Of a stretch of DNA of 64,000 nt, positions 1 through 12,185 are shown piece by piece. A program made the position numbers and the translations under genes. The stretch covers positions 173,492,897 through 173,556,896 of the forward strand of contig NC_085845.1 of NCBI RefSeq assembly GCF_035594765.1, given 5' to 3'. The notes under the pieces are model-generated. The model made no database searches, was not told the DNA's origin, and saw nothing but the letters and a program-made list of their open reading frames with translations. Numbering within the stretch: position 1 is the stretch's first letter; each line of letters begins with the position of its first letter. This DNA is from Anolis carolinensis. Lineage: Eukaryota.

Positions 1-12
1 AAAACTGAAACG

Positions 13-830
13 TGCTGTCCTTTATCCGGGCGAACTGCAAATCCCTATAAGCTGTCCTATAGATATTGAACGACTGAGTCTGGATAACTTCAAAAAAGGA
101 TGTTTATTCATACAAGGTTGTAAACCTGGCACAGATCTTAAAGTTGCAGAAAATGAAACAAATTTCTATAGGTTTTAGGTACAGAATTATCCCTGGTTCC
201 AGAAAGCAAAGGTGATTATAAAACCACTATACCCTAATCACGCTGCCTATATTAGAAGGAGAAACTCTTTCCTTCCCTATCTTTACAGCAAAGATTAGTT
301 CTAGAAGCGACAGAATAACCCTGCTCCTATAACTAGATTTCCTATTCCAGATCAATATAATTCAATACTTATCTAATTTGGATAGGCTTAGATTGGCCTG
401 GTTTTGAGGATGATTTGTCCCAGTTAGCCTTGCACAGCTCCAGCACGTTGGAAAACTATAGCCAGAATGAAGCTCCAAAATGGAGACTAGACCCTGGTAA
501 AAAGGGCGGTCCTAAGATGTTGCACTCTTTGACCAATCACTGCAAAGAAAACTGCAGCCAGCTTTTGCAGATTCCAAGCCACTTTTCCTGGGCTTTGCAG
601 CCAGAGGCTGAAACAAGATGCAAAGGAGGGAAAACAAACAAACGACCAATAGGTAAGGCAAACCATCGTCCTGGGGGACGGAACATAAACAATCTAAACA
701 TATATAAATCTCACCTACTATTCTCTTCTCTCTTTCTCTGTACCTAACCACCTATCATCTGTCCATTTTACAAGGCTCTGTTGAAGATACTATCTTTACA
801 TATATTCCATAGGAATGTAGAACGGCAGCA
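13..830 (-). mobile_element. Solo LTR-like element (Gypsy/ERV)
   Basis: Termini TGCTGTCC ... CGGCAGCA (TG..CA inverted ends); AATAAA on - at 103-108; imperfect flanking duplication aaacg/aaatc; no coding capacity. Confidence 0.55.
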
Positions 831-1344
831 AAATCATTTTAGAGCTGTATCTGAAGAATGCAGCAGACCGATCTGATGCTGCTACATGCTGCTAGGAAAA
901 AGCAGCATGTAATGCCTCCCCTCTTCCAAATCTGTGAGCAGCTGGCACACAATGAATTTTCAGGGGAATTCTGCATTTTTACACCTGTGTATTTCTCAAT
1001 GAGCTGGCGAAGGCATATGTTGTTCTGTTCCTTTTCATTATGGTCACACGGCAACCCTATAAAGTAGGGCAGGCTGAGGGAGATCGACTGGTCTTAGCCC
1101 ACCAAGTGAGTTTCAGGGCTGCATGAGGCTTCAGCTGCACGGGACATTGCCCAATCAGAGCTTAGTGCTCTAATCACTATACCACACTCAAAATATGATT
1201 CCGTCTTATTGTGTGCTAAAAAGCCAATTCTATGCAGAACAGTGAAGCAGGTCTTGGCATTATAGACTTGGCATTGGCACAAGCAGGCTTGCAAGAATTT
1301 CTGTGACTATGATAGCCATTGTGAGGTAGTGGCTTGAGAATTGG

Positions 1345-1832
1345 ATGATTTATTTACAGTATTTATATTCTGCCCTTCTCACCCCGAAGGGGAATCAGGG
1401 TCAGATCACAGAACACACATATGCAGAAAACATTCAGTGCCATTTATACACTGACAAGACAGACAATTGTACATAGATAGAGGTATATATAGGCATTTGC
1501 CATCTTTGGCATCTTGGCTTGTGCTTGGTTCCGGTCACCGGGGGGGGGGGGTGGTTCTGTCGCTCCATCTCCCTGCCAAAGAGCTTTGTTTGTAAACTTT
1601 CCTCCTTGATCGAATCACAGGCATTTTCCTGGTATTTCCTTATGGGTGCCTTAAATAACTCCCCACTTTTAAGTGGTACCTACTTATCTACTCACATTTT
1701 GCTTTCAAACTGCTAGGTACGCAGAAGCTGAGCTAAAGGCCAGGAGCTCACCCTGACCTCAGCTTCGAACTGTCAACCTTTCAATTAAGATTGACTGCAG
1801 TTGGTGGTTTGACCTGCTGTGCTAAAGCCCGA
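1345..1832 (-). mobile_element. tRNA-derived SINE with L2-type tail (Anolis SINE2-like), nested in another SINE (1320-2030)
   Basis: Sauria-like head; L2-type tail tttatttacagtatttatattctgcccttctcaccccgaagggg; the flanking pieces join into the SINE also seen at 3750-3945, 23525-23740 and 59630-59790. Confidence 0.6.
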
Positions 1833-2940
1833 CACTGGAGACCAGGCATTGAATCCCCATTCAGCCCTGAAACCCACTGAGAGCCTTTAGGCAAATCACA
1901 TTCTCTCAGCCTCAGAGAAAGGCAAAAGTCCCCCCCCCCCCCCCGAACAAATCTTGCCAAGAAAACCCTGCAATAGGCTTGCCAGGTCATTGTAAGTTGG
2001 AAACGAGTTGAAGGCACACAGCAACACAATTGTCTGGATATTTGTGCCTAATTTGAATGGTTCATTCCTGAGGGATTCACAAGACACAGGGCTGTACATA
2101 TCCTCTCCACAAGGTGATTGGACTGCAATTTCCAGCATTCTCTATTATCAGCTATGTTGGCGAGGTCACTGGGAGTGTCATTGCATCAACATCTAGAGAA
2201 TCACATATTTTCCTCATTGATGTAGAGCTAGGTTTCAGAATCGTTGAAGATAGAAATATAATGCTTTCCAGTTGGAGGTTCTTAGGTTAACTCCATAACT
2301 TTGGGGGATTTAGTTTAAAAGGAATATCAGGACAGATTCTGTATATATTAAGTGGAAGAGCAGTGGATTTCCTACCTGTTAAAAGAGATCATATTTTCCT
2401 TGTGACACAAAATTGCAATGTGAATGTTGAGTAAATATGGGCACATCTACGCTTTAGGATAAATGTAGTTTCATACCACTTTAACTGCCTAGCTCCGTTT
2501 TATTTCTTCTGAAATTCATGGGCTACCTGTGTAAAAACACATCTGTCTTGTTCTTATTATTCCTAAAGGTGAAAAGTGCTAAAATAAATCCCACTCAAAG
2601 GTTACAAGCAGTTTATTCCTTGAAGATGTGAAGACCTGCTATACACATCAGATGAATGGGTCAGATCAATCATATTCAGAATAGACCCATTGAGATTTGT
2701 AGGTCCCATTGATTCTACTCTAAGCATATCTGGTTGCAATCCACTTACTAGATGTTCCCTCATTTACATGCAACTCACTAACAACTGTTCCCTGATATCA
2801 TGGTTTCCCAAACTCTTAATTAGAAAGAGAAAGTTTTGAGAGCCTGTAATAGGTTTGTCTCAAGTCGAGAAGGACATGAAGGCACCAAACAACAGCAACA
2901 ACAACTGATATGATTATTTGTATAACCATATGAAATCTTA

Positions 2941-3250
2941 GGGGCCCCGCCAGTGCAGCGGGTTAAACCGCTAAGCTGCAGAACTTGCAGAGGTTCACAT
3001 CTGCTGGACAGGGTGAGCTCCCATTGTAAGCCCCAGCTTCTGTCAACCTAGAAATTTGAAAACATGCAAATGTGAGTAGATCAATAGGTTCAGTGGGAAG
3101 GTAACGGCACTCCATGCAGTCATGCTGGCCACATGACCTAGGAGGCGTCTACGGACAATGCTGGCTCTTTGGCTTAGAAATGGAGATGAACCCTACCCCC
3201 CAGAGTCTGACTCAACTAGACTTAATGTCAAGTGGAAACCTTTATCTTAT
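2941..3250 (+). mobile_element. Sauria SINE
   Basis: gggttaaaccgctaagctgc ... catgcaaatgtgagtagatcaatagg ... gcttagaaatggagatga ... gacttaatgtca; shared with several copies in the window. Confidence 0.8.
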
Positions 3251-3523
3251 GGAATCTTAGACCTCCATGATAGTTATTCTGACATCACTGACGTTATATT
3301 TTCATCAGATTGACTGTGACCAACATGGTACCCTCCAGATGTTTTAAAACCAGAAAAGCATAAGCAATACATCTGTTTTCCAAAAGACACTTTTCCTGGC
3401 CAAAAGAGGGGGGAAGGGGGGAGAGAGAGAAACTAAGCTAGCAGATTACAATTCAAGTGCAGTAGTCGCAATGAGAGAGCCAGTATACTGCAGTACACTG
3501 TAGTGGTTTAAGTGTTACACTCT

Positions 3524-3742
3524 GGGTGCATCTATACTGCAGGTTTAATGCAGTTTGACACTACTTAACTACCATAGCTCAATGCAACTGGATAGTGGAA
3601 GTTGTATTTTGGTGAGGTACGACACTCTTTGGCAGAAATGGCTCAAGAATTTTAAAAAATAGAATTCACATGACTCCATACCAATTAGACATGACAGATT
3701 AAAGTGGTGTCAAACTGCATTATTTCTACAGAGTTGATGCAC
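3524..3742. mobile_element. Non-autonomous DNA element (Harbinger-like MITE family)
   Basis: gggtgcatcta...tgcagtttgacac ... gtgtcaaactgca...gatgcac inverted ends; other copies at about 28078-28265, 32105-32320, 35970-36143, 43113-43325, 45940-46110. Confidence 0.6.
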
Positions 3743-4065
3743 TCTCTGGCTCTGGAGAACAGAGTTTGTATTCACATTCAGCCATGGAATCCCACTGAGT
3801 GACCTTGGAGAAGTCACACTCTCTCGGCCTCAGAGGAAGGCAAAGGCAACCTCCTTCTGAACAAATCTTGCCAAGAAAACCTTGTAGAACGCTTGCCTTT
3901 GGATTCCCATGACTCAGAAATTTCTTACAGGAACACAACAACAATGGCAATGAGGAGGTATATGAGCAAAAATGGTATTAGTGTAGGAGCACTTCTTTAC
4001 CTTGCTGGGCTTCCGACTTCTTCCATTCCCCATGTTGTATTTCCCCCAAAATGTTATAAAAGTTG

Positions 4066-4215
4066 AATTTATTTGTTTATCATGTCAGAAGTAAATTGTG
4101 TGTACAGTTATAATGTTATATAAACACAAACAAAGTTTAAAAACTTGGCATTATACTAGATTTCCTTTGACCAGCAGCTGGCCACTTGGAGTGCCTCTGG
4201 TGTCGCTGGGGATGG
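4066..4215 (-). mobile_element. 3' end of a Vingi-like LINE
   Basis: tttatttgtttatcatgtcagaag...aaacttggcattatacta..tcctttgaccag.agctggccacttggagtgcctctggtgtcgctg; family assignment from recall. Confidence 0.5.
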
Positions 4216-4692
4216 GATGTAGCTTACTCATATGCGTATGAGAAATGGGATGCGGCTTACTCATATGTATATGCTTTGGCTGCCCTTGGTTACCAGGGGA
4301 AGAAAGATGTGATACAGCAATGTACTTTGACAGTTCAGACAAGGCACAGTATCAACACTGGAAAGCAGAAGACAAAGGAGCCATTTCCATCCACTCCATC
4401 TTCACAGTACTGCTCCTCAATTCCCTTTCAATCACAGATGAGATGCTCTGAATAGGTAATCCAATTTCCTGGAATAGATGCCTGGCAGCCACACCGGTTT
4501 AGTGAAGCCAACTTCTAAGTGCTCTAAACATGATAAAGCCAGCAGAATGGAATAAAGTTGGGTCATTTGCAAAATCTGGATTTGAATAAAGAAGGATACA
4601 AACTTCCCCTTTTTTCTGAAGGTTCTTCTCACACTGTTCATAAGTTGGAATTAATTTGTTAAACTAATGCATTGCCTCTAAAGCCCCTTCTA

Positions 4693-4841
4693 GGCTCCTT
4701 CTACACTTCTGTATAAAATCCAGATTATCTGATTTGAACTGGATTATATTGCAATGTAGACTTATATAATCCTGTTCAAAGCAGATAATGTGGATTATCT
4801 GCTTTGATAATCTGGATTATATGGTAGTGTAGGAAAGTCCT
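4693..4841. mobile_element. Harbinger-like MITE
   Basis: ccttctacac...gtgtagga inverted ends, internal atccagattatctg repeats; related copies at 42296-42445 and 59793-59940. Confidence 0.6.
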
Positions 4842-5874
4842 CAGTTACTTATGCATAATTTAGAAGGCAATGTAAAAATATGAGCCATTGACCTTCCTTT
4901 CCTGGTCTACAGAGGACTGGGAATTCACCATTCAAAATGTTTCAACTCTAGCTCCCACATAGTTTAACATTGATTTGAAAAACAAACAAACTGGTTTTCG
5001 ACAACAGAAATCCATTTCCTGCCATTTCTGTGTTTTGTTTTTGTCATTTTTCAGGCATCCATGCAGTGCCCTAAAGATCTCAGGGGCAAAAATGTTCCAG
5101 CAACCCGATAAATAAATATATTTGGTTCCCCTGCTTGTTTCAGATCTTCTATCACCTCATTTTTTCTCTCAATAAGTATGATTTGTTGCTGTAATTTTGC
5201 TCAACCTATTATGTTGCCTGAATGACTGCATCAAGGTTGACATGATAATAAATCACTGGTTTGGAGCAGGTCAGCATTTACTATAGTTACAAGGCTGCTG
5301 CTAATTTTCTTACTTCTGTTTTAACTGCTAATAAACCATTTCCTTCAGTCAGGGCCTCACACTAACACTCCTGATCAGTCCAGGTCAAGGGCTGGCGGAA
5401 GCAGATCTACAGTATTGCCATAAGGATGTTGAAGCCATGGCTGGTTTTTGTCACCACTCCTCCCAGAGTTGCTTTGAGTTGCATAGAAACTGGGTCTGGA
5501 CCAAATTTCTAGGAAAAACCCCATTTGGAGTGGGAGTAGCTTGCAGGAGAGAGAAATGACTTCTAGGGGAACCTGGAGCAAAGCGGGTGCCTTAGAGCCT
5601 TTCCCTACATAGCAGTGGCAGAGTGAAAACTGGAAAGGGCTCCTGTCCCTTTAATGGCTGTGTTGAAGAGGGAATTTCAGCAGGTGTTGCTTGTTGCCTG
5701 GCTGTGTGACAAGCAACACCTGCTAAAATGTCTTTCATGCCAAATTTCAGCAGCAGCTGCACTGCAAATTCCATGACAGCTGGTAATTAAATTGGAAAAT
5801 CCAATCCAAGGAATGCTCAGGATCTAGATAACGTAGAGTTGATTGATCTGTTATTGTGTGTATGCATAGGTGCC

Positions 5875-6065
5875 TAATGTGAGTAGATCAATATGTACTG
5901 CTCCGGCGGGAAGGTAACGGCGTTCCATGTAGTCATGCCGGCCACATGACCTTGGAGGCATCTATGGACAACACCAGCTCTTCAGCTTAGAAATGGAGAT
6001 GAGCACCAACCCCTGGTGTTGGACACGACTAGACTTAATGTCAGGGGGAAACTGTTACCTTTTTA
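5875..6065 (+). mobile_element. Sauria SINE (5'-truncated)
   Basis: Matches the 3' half of the copy at 2941-3250. Confidence 0.75.
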
Positions 6066-6359
6066 TATGTTCCTTCTGGTTGCCTATCGACCCAATGAAA
6101 TTTGTAGTATTTTCTCAGGCAAGGAATAAACAAATGTGGTTATGCCAATTCCTTCCTCTGAAATACATTTGTATTCACAGATTCTGCATTCAAGGATTTA
6201 ACCATCCATGCTTCCATTTTTTAAATTCAAATAAAAACAAACCTTGATTTTGCTATTTTATATCAGGGACACTATTTTATTATGACATTGTATATAATGG
6301 GGTTTAAACATCCACAGATTTTGATATCCATAGAAAGTCCTGGAATCAAGGGCCTAATA

Positions 6360-7058
6360 CAGTGATTCCCAAAGTGGGTGCTACCGCCCCCTGGTGGGCG
6401 CTGCAGTGATCCGGGGGGGCAGTGATGGCACCTATTAGGACATGGAGGCGGGGCCAGGGGAGGGGTGGGGCCTCTTCCCAAGTGCCGGAGACAGGGCTGA
6501 GCCCCTGAGGTACCTCTTAGGACACAGGGGATGGAGCCAGAGGAGTGGGCGTGGCTTTTCCCCAAGAGCCCGAGACAGGGCTGAGCCTCTATACCTCTCC
6601 TGAGAGGCCTTTCAGAACTAAAGGGCGGGGCTGGGGCAGGGTGGGGTCCCTTCTCAAGAGCGCGAGACAGGGCTGAGCCTCTGTATACCTCCCCTGAGGC
6701 GCTTGTTAGAACACGGGGGCGGGGTATAGAGGTTCAGCCCCATCAGGCACTTGGGAAGAGGCCCCGCCCCCTCCTCTAGCCCCTCCCCCTGTGTCCTGGC
6801 AGATGCCGCAGGACAGGGATAGAAGCTCAGCCCTGCCTCAGAGCTCGTAACTCTGCCCATCCCAGTCCTGGCTGCCCATTTGTGGGCCCGCCCCCTCCCC
6901 CTCCCAGCCCTGTATCTTGGACTAGGGGAGAGGCTCAGCCCCGCCCACTTGAGCAGAGCCACGCCCACCCTTCTAAGCCACGCCCCCTTTCCAGGGGGCA
7001 CTGAGTCATATTTTTTCTGGAAAGGGGGCAGCAGGCCAAATAAGTTTGGGAACCACTG
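6360..7058. mobile_element. hAT-type MITE with GC-rich internal repeats
   Basis: TIRs cagtgattcccaaa / tttgggaaccactg; repeated gagacagggctgagcc units in both orientations. Confidence 0.65.
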
Positions 7059-8033
7059 AGCTATAGGAACACAGTAGGTGCTTTTCTGCCATCTCCCTGC
7101 CTTCCACATGCCAGCAAATGGCACATAAAAAATTCAACTGGAAAGAGAAATAAATTAGATGTTGAGATTGGGGACCCTGGCTGTAATAATTTTGAACAAA
7201 GAATGTCTCCCTGTCCTTTAGAAATAATTTGTACAATCTTCTGAGGTCCTAAGTGAATGTATTTTAAAATGTCAATATGGCCTTCTCAGAGTAGCATCAA
7301 AAGATGAAAAATGTGTGTGTGTGTGTTATAATGTCCTTTCAGTCAAATAACTCCTCATTTGCTGTTTAACAAAACTTGCAAACCAATGATCAGAGGCATC
7401 TATGGGTGCTGTTAATCTATTGGCATAAACTGAACATACATTCAGATTTGATGTGTGTGTGTTTATTATGTCTTATAAATGCATTATTATCAAAACTATT
7501 AAGTTCTCCTTTAATTCTTTTGGTAGTTCCCGAAGGAGGTCATAATACAATTATCTAGTAGAAACGTATTGAATATTTTAGTAAAAACACCTTGCTTTTT
7601 TGGCATTAGGGCTGGGGAGTGTGCGGTCCTCCAGATATTGGTGAACTCTGTAGCTCCCAGCATCTTTCACCATTGGCTATTCTGACTAGGCTTGATTGGA
7701 GTTGAATGTAATAGCACTTGGAGGACTGAATGATTCTTTCCTTTGTTTTACATTTTAAGAACCAGTCTTTCTTTTTTATTCAACAACTTTGGGCCTTTCC
7801 AGTTTTTATTGTTTTGTTATCTATCATGGGGCTGACATGTTGTAGTCACTTGTGGGTGTATTATCAGTGGAAATGTAAGGTTTATTCTGTTTAGTATGCA
7901 GAATAGCACTTATTTTATGCTACTAAGGAAACCAAGAATTGTCATGAGAGTTGTGTGAATGACTGTGCTAAATAACTCCTATGAATGCAGAGTTGTATCT
8001 TACAATCTGGTCTAATGTTGTGACTTGCAGGAT

Positions 8034-8864
8034 TGTTATTGAAAATTAGATCCCAGAATGATTAATTTTGGCTCACAGCTCCATGGAGACATACTGCAAG
8101 CCCACACTGACTTTTCATTTTATCCTATACTAACCTTTTTCATGAATTTCCCCAGGAATGTTTTCCCTCACCCCATCCCGGATTTCAGGAAGCTGCCTCA
8201 TGATTATCATAATCCTCTCACAATACCCCGGTAAGACATATGAGATACACAGTGAGCTTACACAAAAGCCTCTGGCTCTTTTCCTGTTTTTTTCCTGGTC
8301 TGTTCTGGTTTAGTCCTGGAAATGTTTCCTTCTCTCTGTCACCAAATTAGACTACCTCTTGGGGCTCCCATTGAAATGGCCATCACCTTGAGCACCCGTT
8401 TTGTTTAGCCAACCGGCACTCATTGTATTAATCAGAACTGGGATATCACAACCCATTCCAGCTCATTATCTCCTGCCCCACCAGGTTCCTTTCCAATTGC
8501 ACCCATTTCCTAGGTGGATCCAAAAATGGACACAAGTCTACAAAATCATCCAATGAGAGTTTATTAAATTTCCTGTTACAACTGGAGCCCCATACCAACC
8601 AGGGACTGAATCCTAGCTGGCCACATTTTGGACCAATCAGAAGCCAGCAAGGTAGTCTCGAATAGCTGTCAAAGTGCTATAAATATGTCTGTATGTTTGC
8701 ATTGAGGTATGTCAGTTCTTTGGAGTGCAGACGCCACTGATAACCTCTTTGACCGAGGAGAATAAATATATTTGATTATACAAGACGTGTCTCATCTGGC
8801 CTTTTGGAAGCTTGACACTCCAGGCTCTGGACCTGCGCTTTAGCAGAGCTGAAATCGCATAACA
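8034..8864 (+). mobile_element. Solo ERV-like LTR (831 bp)
   Basis: Perfect inverted termini TGTTAT...ATAACA; 4-bp flanks ggat/agat; CCAAT at 8633, TATAAAT at 8678, AATAAA at 8761 in U3-R order. Confidence 0.75.
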
Positions 8865-9244
8865 AGATGATACAAAAGAAAGAATTTTTTGAGATGAGAT
8901 TGCTGAAGTGTATCAAACCTGCAAGGGGGGATCTGGAGGGCAAATCTACCACAATCAAACAATGACCACTCCGGAGTTGTTTGCCAAAAATGTAATGTTC
9001 ACAGATTCTATGGCCGCTTTAAATCTCGTTATGGAAAGAAAAAACGGGGTATAAATAACAACAATAACAATAATATGGCCATCTCAAACATCTAAACTTT
9101 ACATCTGATCTATTTGCAAGGCTTATTCAAGACATCATGCTGCCTAAAGCAAAATAACAAGAGGGTTGTCTCAGCTGAGCTGGTCAATGGACTTTATTTC
9201 AACACTGGCAATAAACTTAGGATATCATCTCTAATGGAATTTTT

Positions 9245-9830
9245 GGCTGCATCAAAAGGAGTATAGTGTCTAGATAGAGGAAGTCATGGTGTCTTTGTAT
9301 TCTGCTTTGGTTAGACCTCACCTAGAATACTGTGTCCACTTCTGGGCACCGCAGTTCAAAAGAGATGTTGACAAGCTGGAAGGTGTCCAGAAGAGGGTGA
9401 CTAAAATGATCAAAGGTCTGGAGACCATGCCCTACGAGGAGCGTCTTGAAAAACTGGCTATGCTTAGCCTGCAGAAGAAACGGTTGAGAGGAGACATGAT
9501 AGTCATGCATAAAAATGTGAAAGAGTGTCATAAGGAAGAGGGAGAGGATTGTTTTCTGCTGTCCTTGAAACTAGGACCCGGACCAATGAGTTCAAATTAC
9601 AGGAAAGGAGATTCCACCTGAACATTAAGAAGAACTTCCTGACTGTAGGAGCTGTTCAACAGTGGAACTCTCTGCCTTAGAGTGTGATGGAAGCTGCTTT
9701 CTTGGAAACTTTTAAACAGAGACTGGATGGCCATATATCAGGGAGACTTTGATGGTGCTTTTCCTGCATGGCAGGGGGTTGGACTCGATGGCCCATGTGG
9801 TCTCTTCCAACCCTATGATTCTGTGATTCT
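9245..9830 (+). mobile_element. CR1 LINE 3' fragment
   Basis: [19 protein letters not shown]...LEGVQKR; tail ccaaccctatgattctgtgattct. Confidence 0.9.
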
Positions 9831-10948
9831 ATCACCAAGTATGGTGGCAGCAGGCTGGATTAGAGAGTGTGGAACCAGCCATGTGGCAAATGCATCTCAG
9901 TACAAAGGCATGGGAGGTGTTGGGAAGTTGAGGTGAAACAGCTAGAAGATGCTACTGCCCACCAGTATCTGCCATCTGAAGTAATGGCCTGAGTCTGAAC
10001 TGAGTATGGATCCTTTTTACTTTTATAGCATAGGATTGAGATGTTTTTGTTGTCAGGTGAGGATGATTTCTCTGTGTGGGTCACACATACAGTTGAACGT
10101 TATGCAGGAGGAAGAAACAATGGGAGTTAGGAAATGTACTTGAATGCAAGGGCTTTGCTGCCATGGAAACCAATGCATGTTGAAGTATGTGGCCTTGTCA
10201 ATATGCCCCGTTAAGCACAGAGCACACCATTTTAATACCTCTTTCAGCTTAGCCAAAACTGTGATATGTACCCTGTAGGCATGAAAGTTGGTTCTGTTGT
10301 TACTTCTGTCGTTGTTTCAGGTAATCTGTGCAGACTCCCATCCCATTTCATACATGGATGGTGTCAACCAATGGCCAAGAAAACCATCTTCTAATAACAC
10401 ACCTTTGACAATTTCTGTTAATCATATATACCACCACCAGGATTTTCTGCACCCATTATGAGCATTATCATACCATTAAAAGCACAGAAAACCAGTGTGG
10501 TATAATTACTGGGATGCTGAGTTAGGAAATACAATGTTCAAGTCCTTGCTGAGCCATGAAACTCACTGAATGATTCTTGGACTACTTTCCCTTCAGCTCA
10601 CCCTTACAGGATTGTTGTAAGGAAAAAAGAAAATAATCTTGAATTGAAATAAAGCAAAGGGAAGGCAAAATATACATGCAATCAGCCAATCAACCAATTC
10701 AAGCATCTCACACACACTTTTCCCAGTTGGTCAATAAGGTGGGTAATTTTCCCATCTTCAGTTCTTTATCTCACTGAGAACAGCAGTTCTGTCTGATATC
10801 AAAGCATGTAACTAGGGGAAAGGGAAGCTGGTAAACTCTTGGCCAAAGGGATCTGATGATAACAAAAAAAGGGTGGAGAGAAGCAACCTACAGGGTAAAG
10901 TTTGCTGCAGTTAAGAGAGACATTCATCTTGAAGCAGCAGTGGTAGTC

Positions 10949-11767
10949 ATGCATGTCACAGCACTTTTAGCAAGTGTGCTGCTACTTTGCAAGATGAGGG
11001 AGACCTGCTGCCAGAGATCTCCTTATGCTGAAACAACTTCCCTCTCTCAAGCACGGAAGGTTTTCCCAAGTGAGTCTTCTCAACCTCATGATCAACTCAA
11101 CAAGATGGCTCAATCCAACCCTGACATCCATCTCATCCGGAGTGATCTGGGCACCCAAGCAAAGCCCTACAGCCTGTCTCTCTCCCCTGAAGACTACCAT
11201 CATTACATACCCAAACCTAAGCGTCTGCGTACCACTCGGCTGATGAAACTGTTAGGATCTTCCTATGACCCTTTCTGGATGTCTGTTGAAGATCCACGAG
11301 ATCAAAATACCAGCCTAGATTATTTGGGCACCTTGAGTGTGGACCTGGCTGAACGTACAGCCCGATTTCGGAAGAAGCTCCTGCAGGAGGCAAAGCAGTT
11401 AGATCTTTCTGAACTTTTGTCTTCTAGGGACAGGACCTCCCATAACCAGAGTCAATCTTTCGTTGACCACCTCCACCAATGGCTAGTGGACAGTGCTACC
11501 TGCCATCTGACCTCTTCCTGGGTGAATATGGGATCCATTTTCTGGCCCCGCTGGGTACGTCATACAGAGTGTGATCTTAATCATGCCAGTTGCTCTTGGC
11601 CTCCTGGCATGACCTGTCATCCTGCCCAGGTAACCCACATCAAACTGTTAGCATGGCATTGTTGGGTTAGCAGGGACCAAACCTTTGGTCCTCGGAAGTC
11701 TCTTCAGCAATGTGCTTGGAGGCAAGTCCCTTACCCTGTGGTGGCAACCTGCAAGTGTTCCTGCTGA
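10949..11767 (+). CDS. NOG4: Noggin-family secreted cystine-knot protein, most likely noggin4 (single exon, 272 aa from the second Met)
   Basis: Within ORF 10856-11767. The ATG at 10949 (gtcATGc) precedes a signal peptide (MHVTALLASVLLLC). Noggin motifs: LLGSSYDPFWMS, W..SATC...W...G..FWPRWVR, CSWPPGMTC, 9 C-terminal Cys ending CKCSC. The PYSLSLSPEDY segment and the position next to GCAT fit noggin4 rather than noggin1/2. Confidence 0.9.
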   Translation: MHVTALLASVLLLCKMRETCCQRSPYAETTSLSQARKVFPSESSQPHDQLNKMAQSNPDIHLIRSDLGTQAKPYSLSLSPEDYHHYIPKPKRLRTTRLMKLLGSSYDPFWMSVEDPRDQNTSLDYLGTLSVDLAERTARFRKKLLQEAKQLDLSELLSSRDRTSHNQSQSFVDHLHQWLVDSATCHLTSSWVNMGSIFWPRWVRHTECDLNHASCSWPPGMTCHPAQVTHIKLLAWHCWVSRDQTFGPRKSLQQCAWRQVPYPVVATCKCSC

Positions 11768-12166
11768 TACAAGATGGCATCAAGGTTCTACATGATCAGG
11801 TTTGAGCTTCTTAAGGATTTCCTGCCAGTTGCCACCCAGCTCAAACCTGGTAATCATGATGAAAGAAAAATCTCAAGGCATTTGACCTAAAAGGCAGCTG
11901 TAGCAGAAGATGAAAGAAAGAGGTATGCTGCCATTCTATGTACTTTATGTACCACAACAAGAGTGAACAACATATTGGGAATTATGGCCATATTTCAGGA
12001 AAAGAGCTCAGGCAACTGAAGCGAAGGCAAAACATCTTTTTTGGATTGACAACTATTTTGATAAGTTGGCAGCAGAAACCGAACAGAATTGAGCACTGAT
12101 GTTCCATGAGGCAAAAGTCAACAAATCGTGGTTGTCACCTCAAGAGGGAAAATGTTCCTGTGAAGA

Positions 12167-12185
12167 AATAAATGTATTTAATAAA
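12167..12185 (+). terminator. Probable noggin4 polyadenylation signals
   Basis: AATAAA at 12167-12172 and 12180-12185, about 400 nt after the stop codon. Confidence 0.55.

Noticed and set aside
10856-10948. Upstream in-frame ATG of the noggin ORF
   Set aside because: Adds a basic 31-aa segment ahead of the signal peptide and has poor Kozak context; 10949 is the better start
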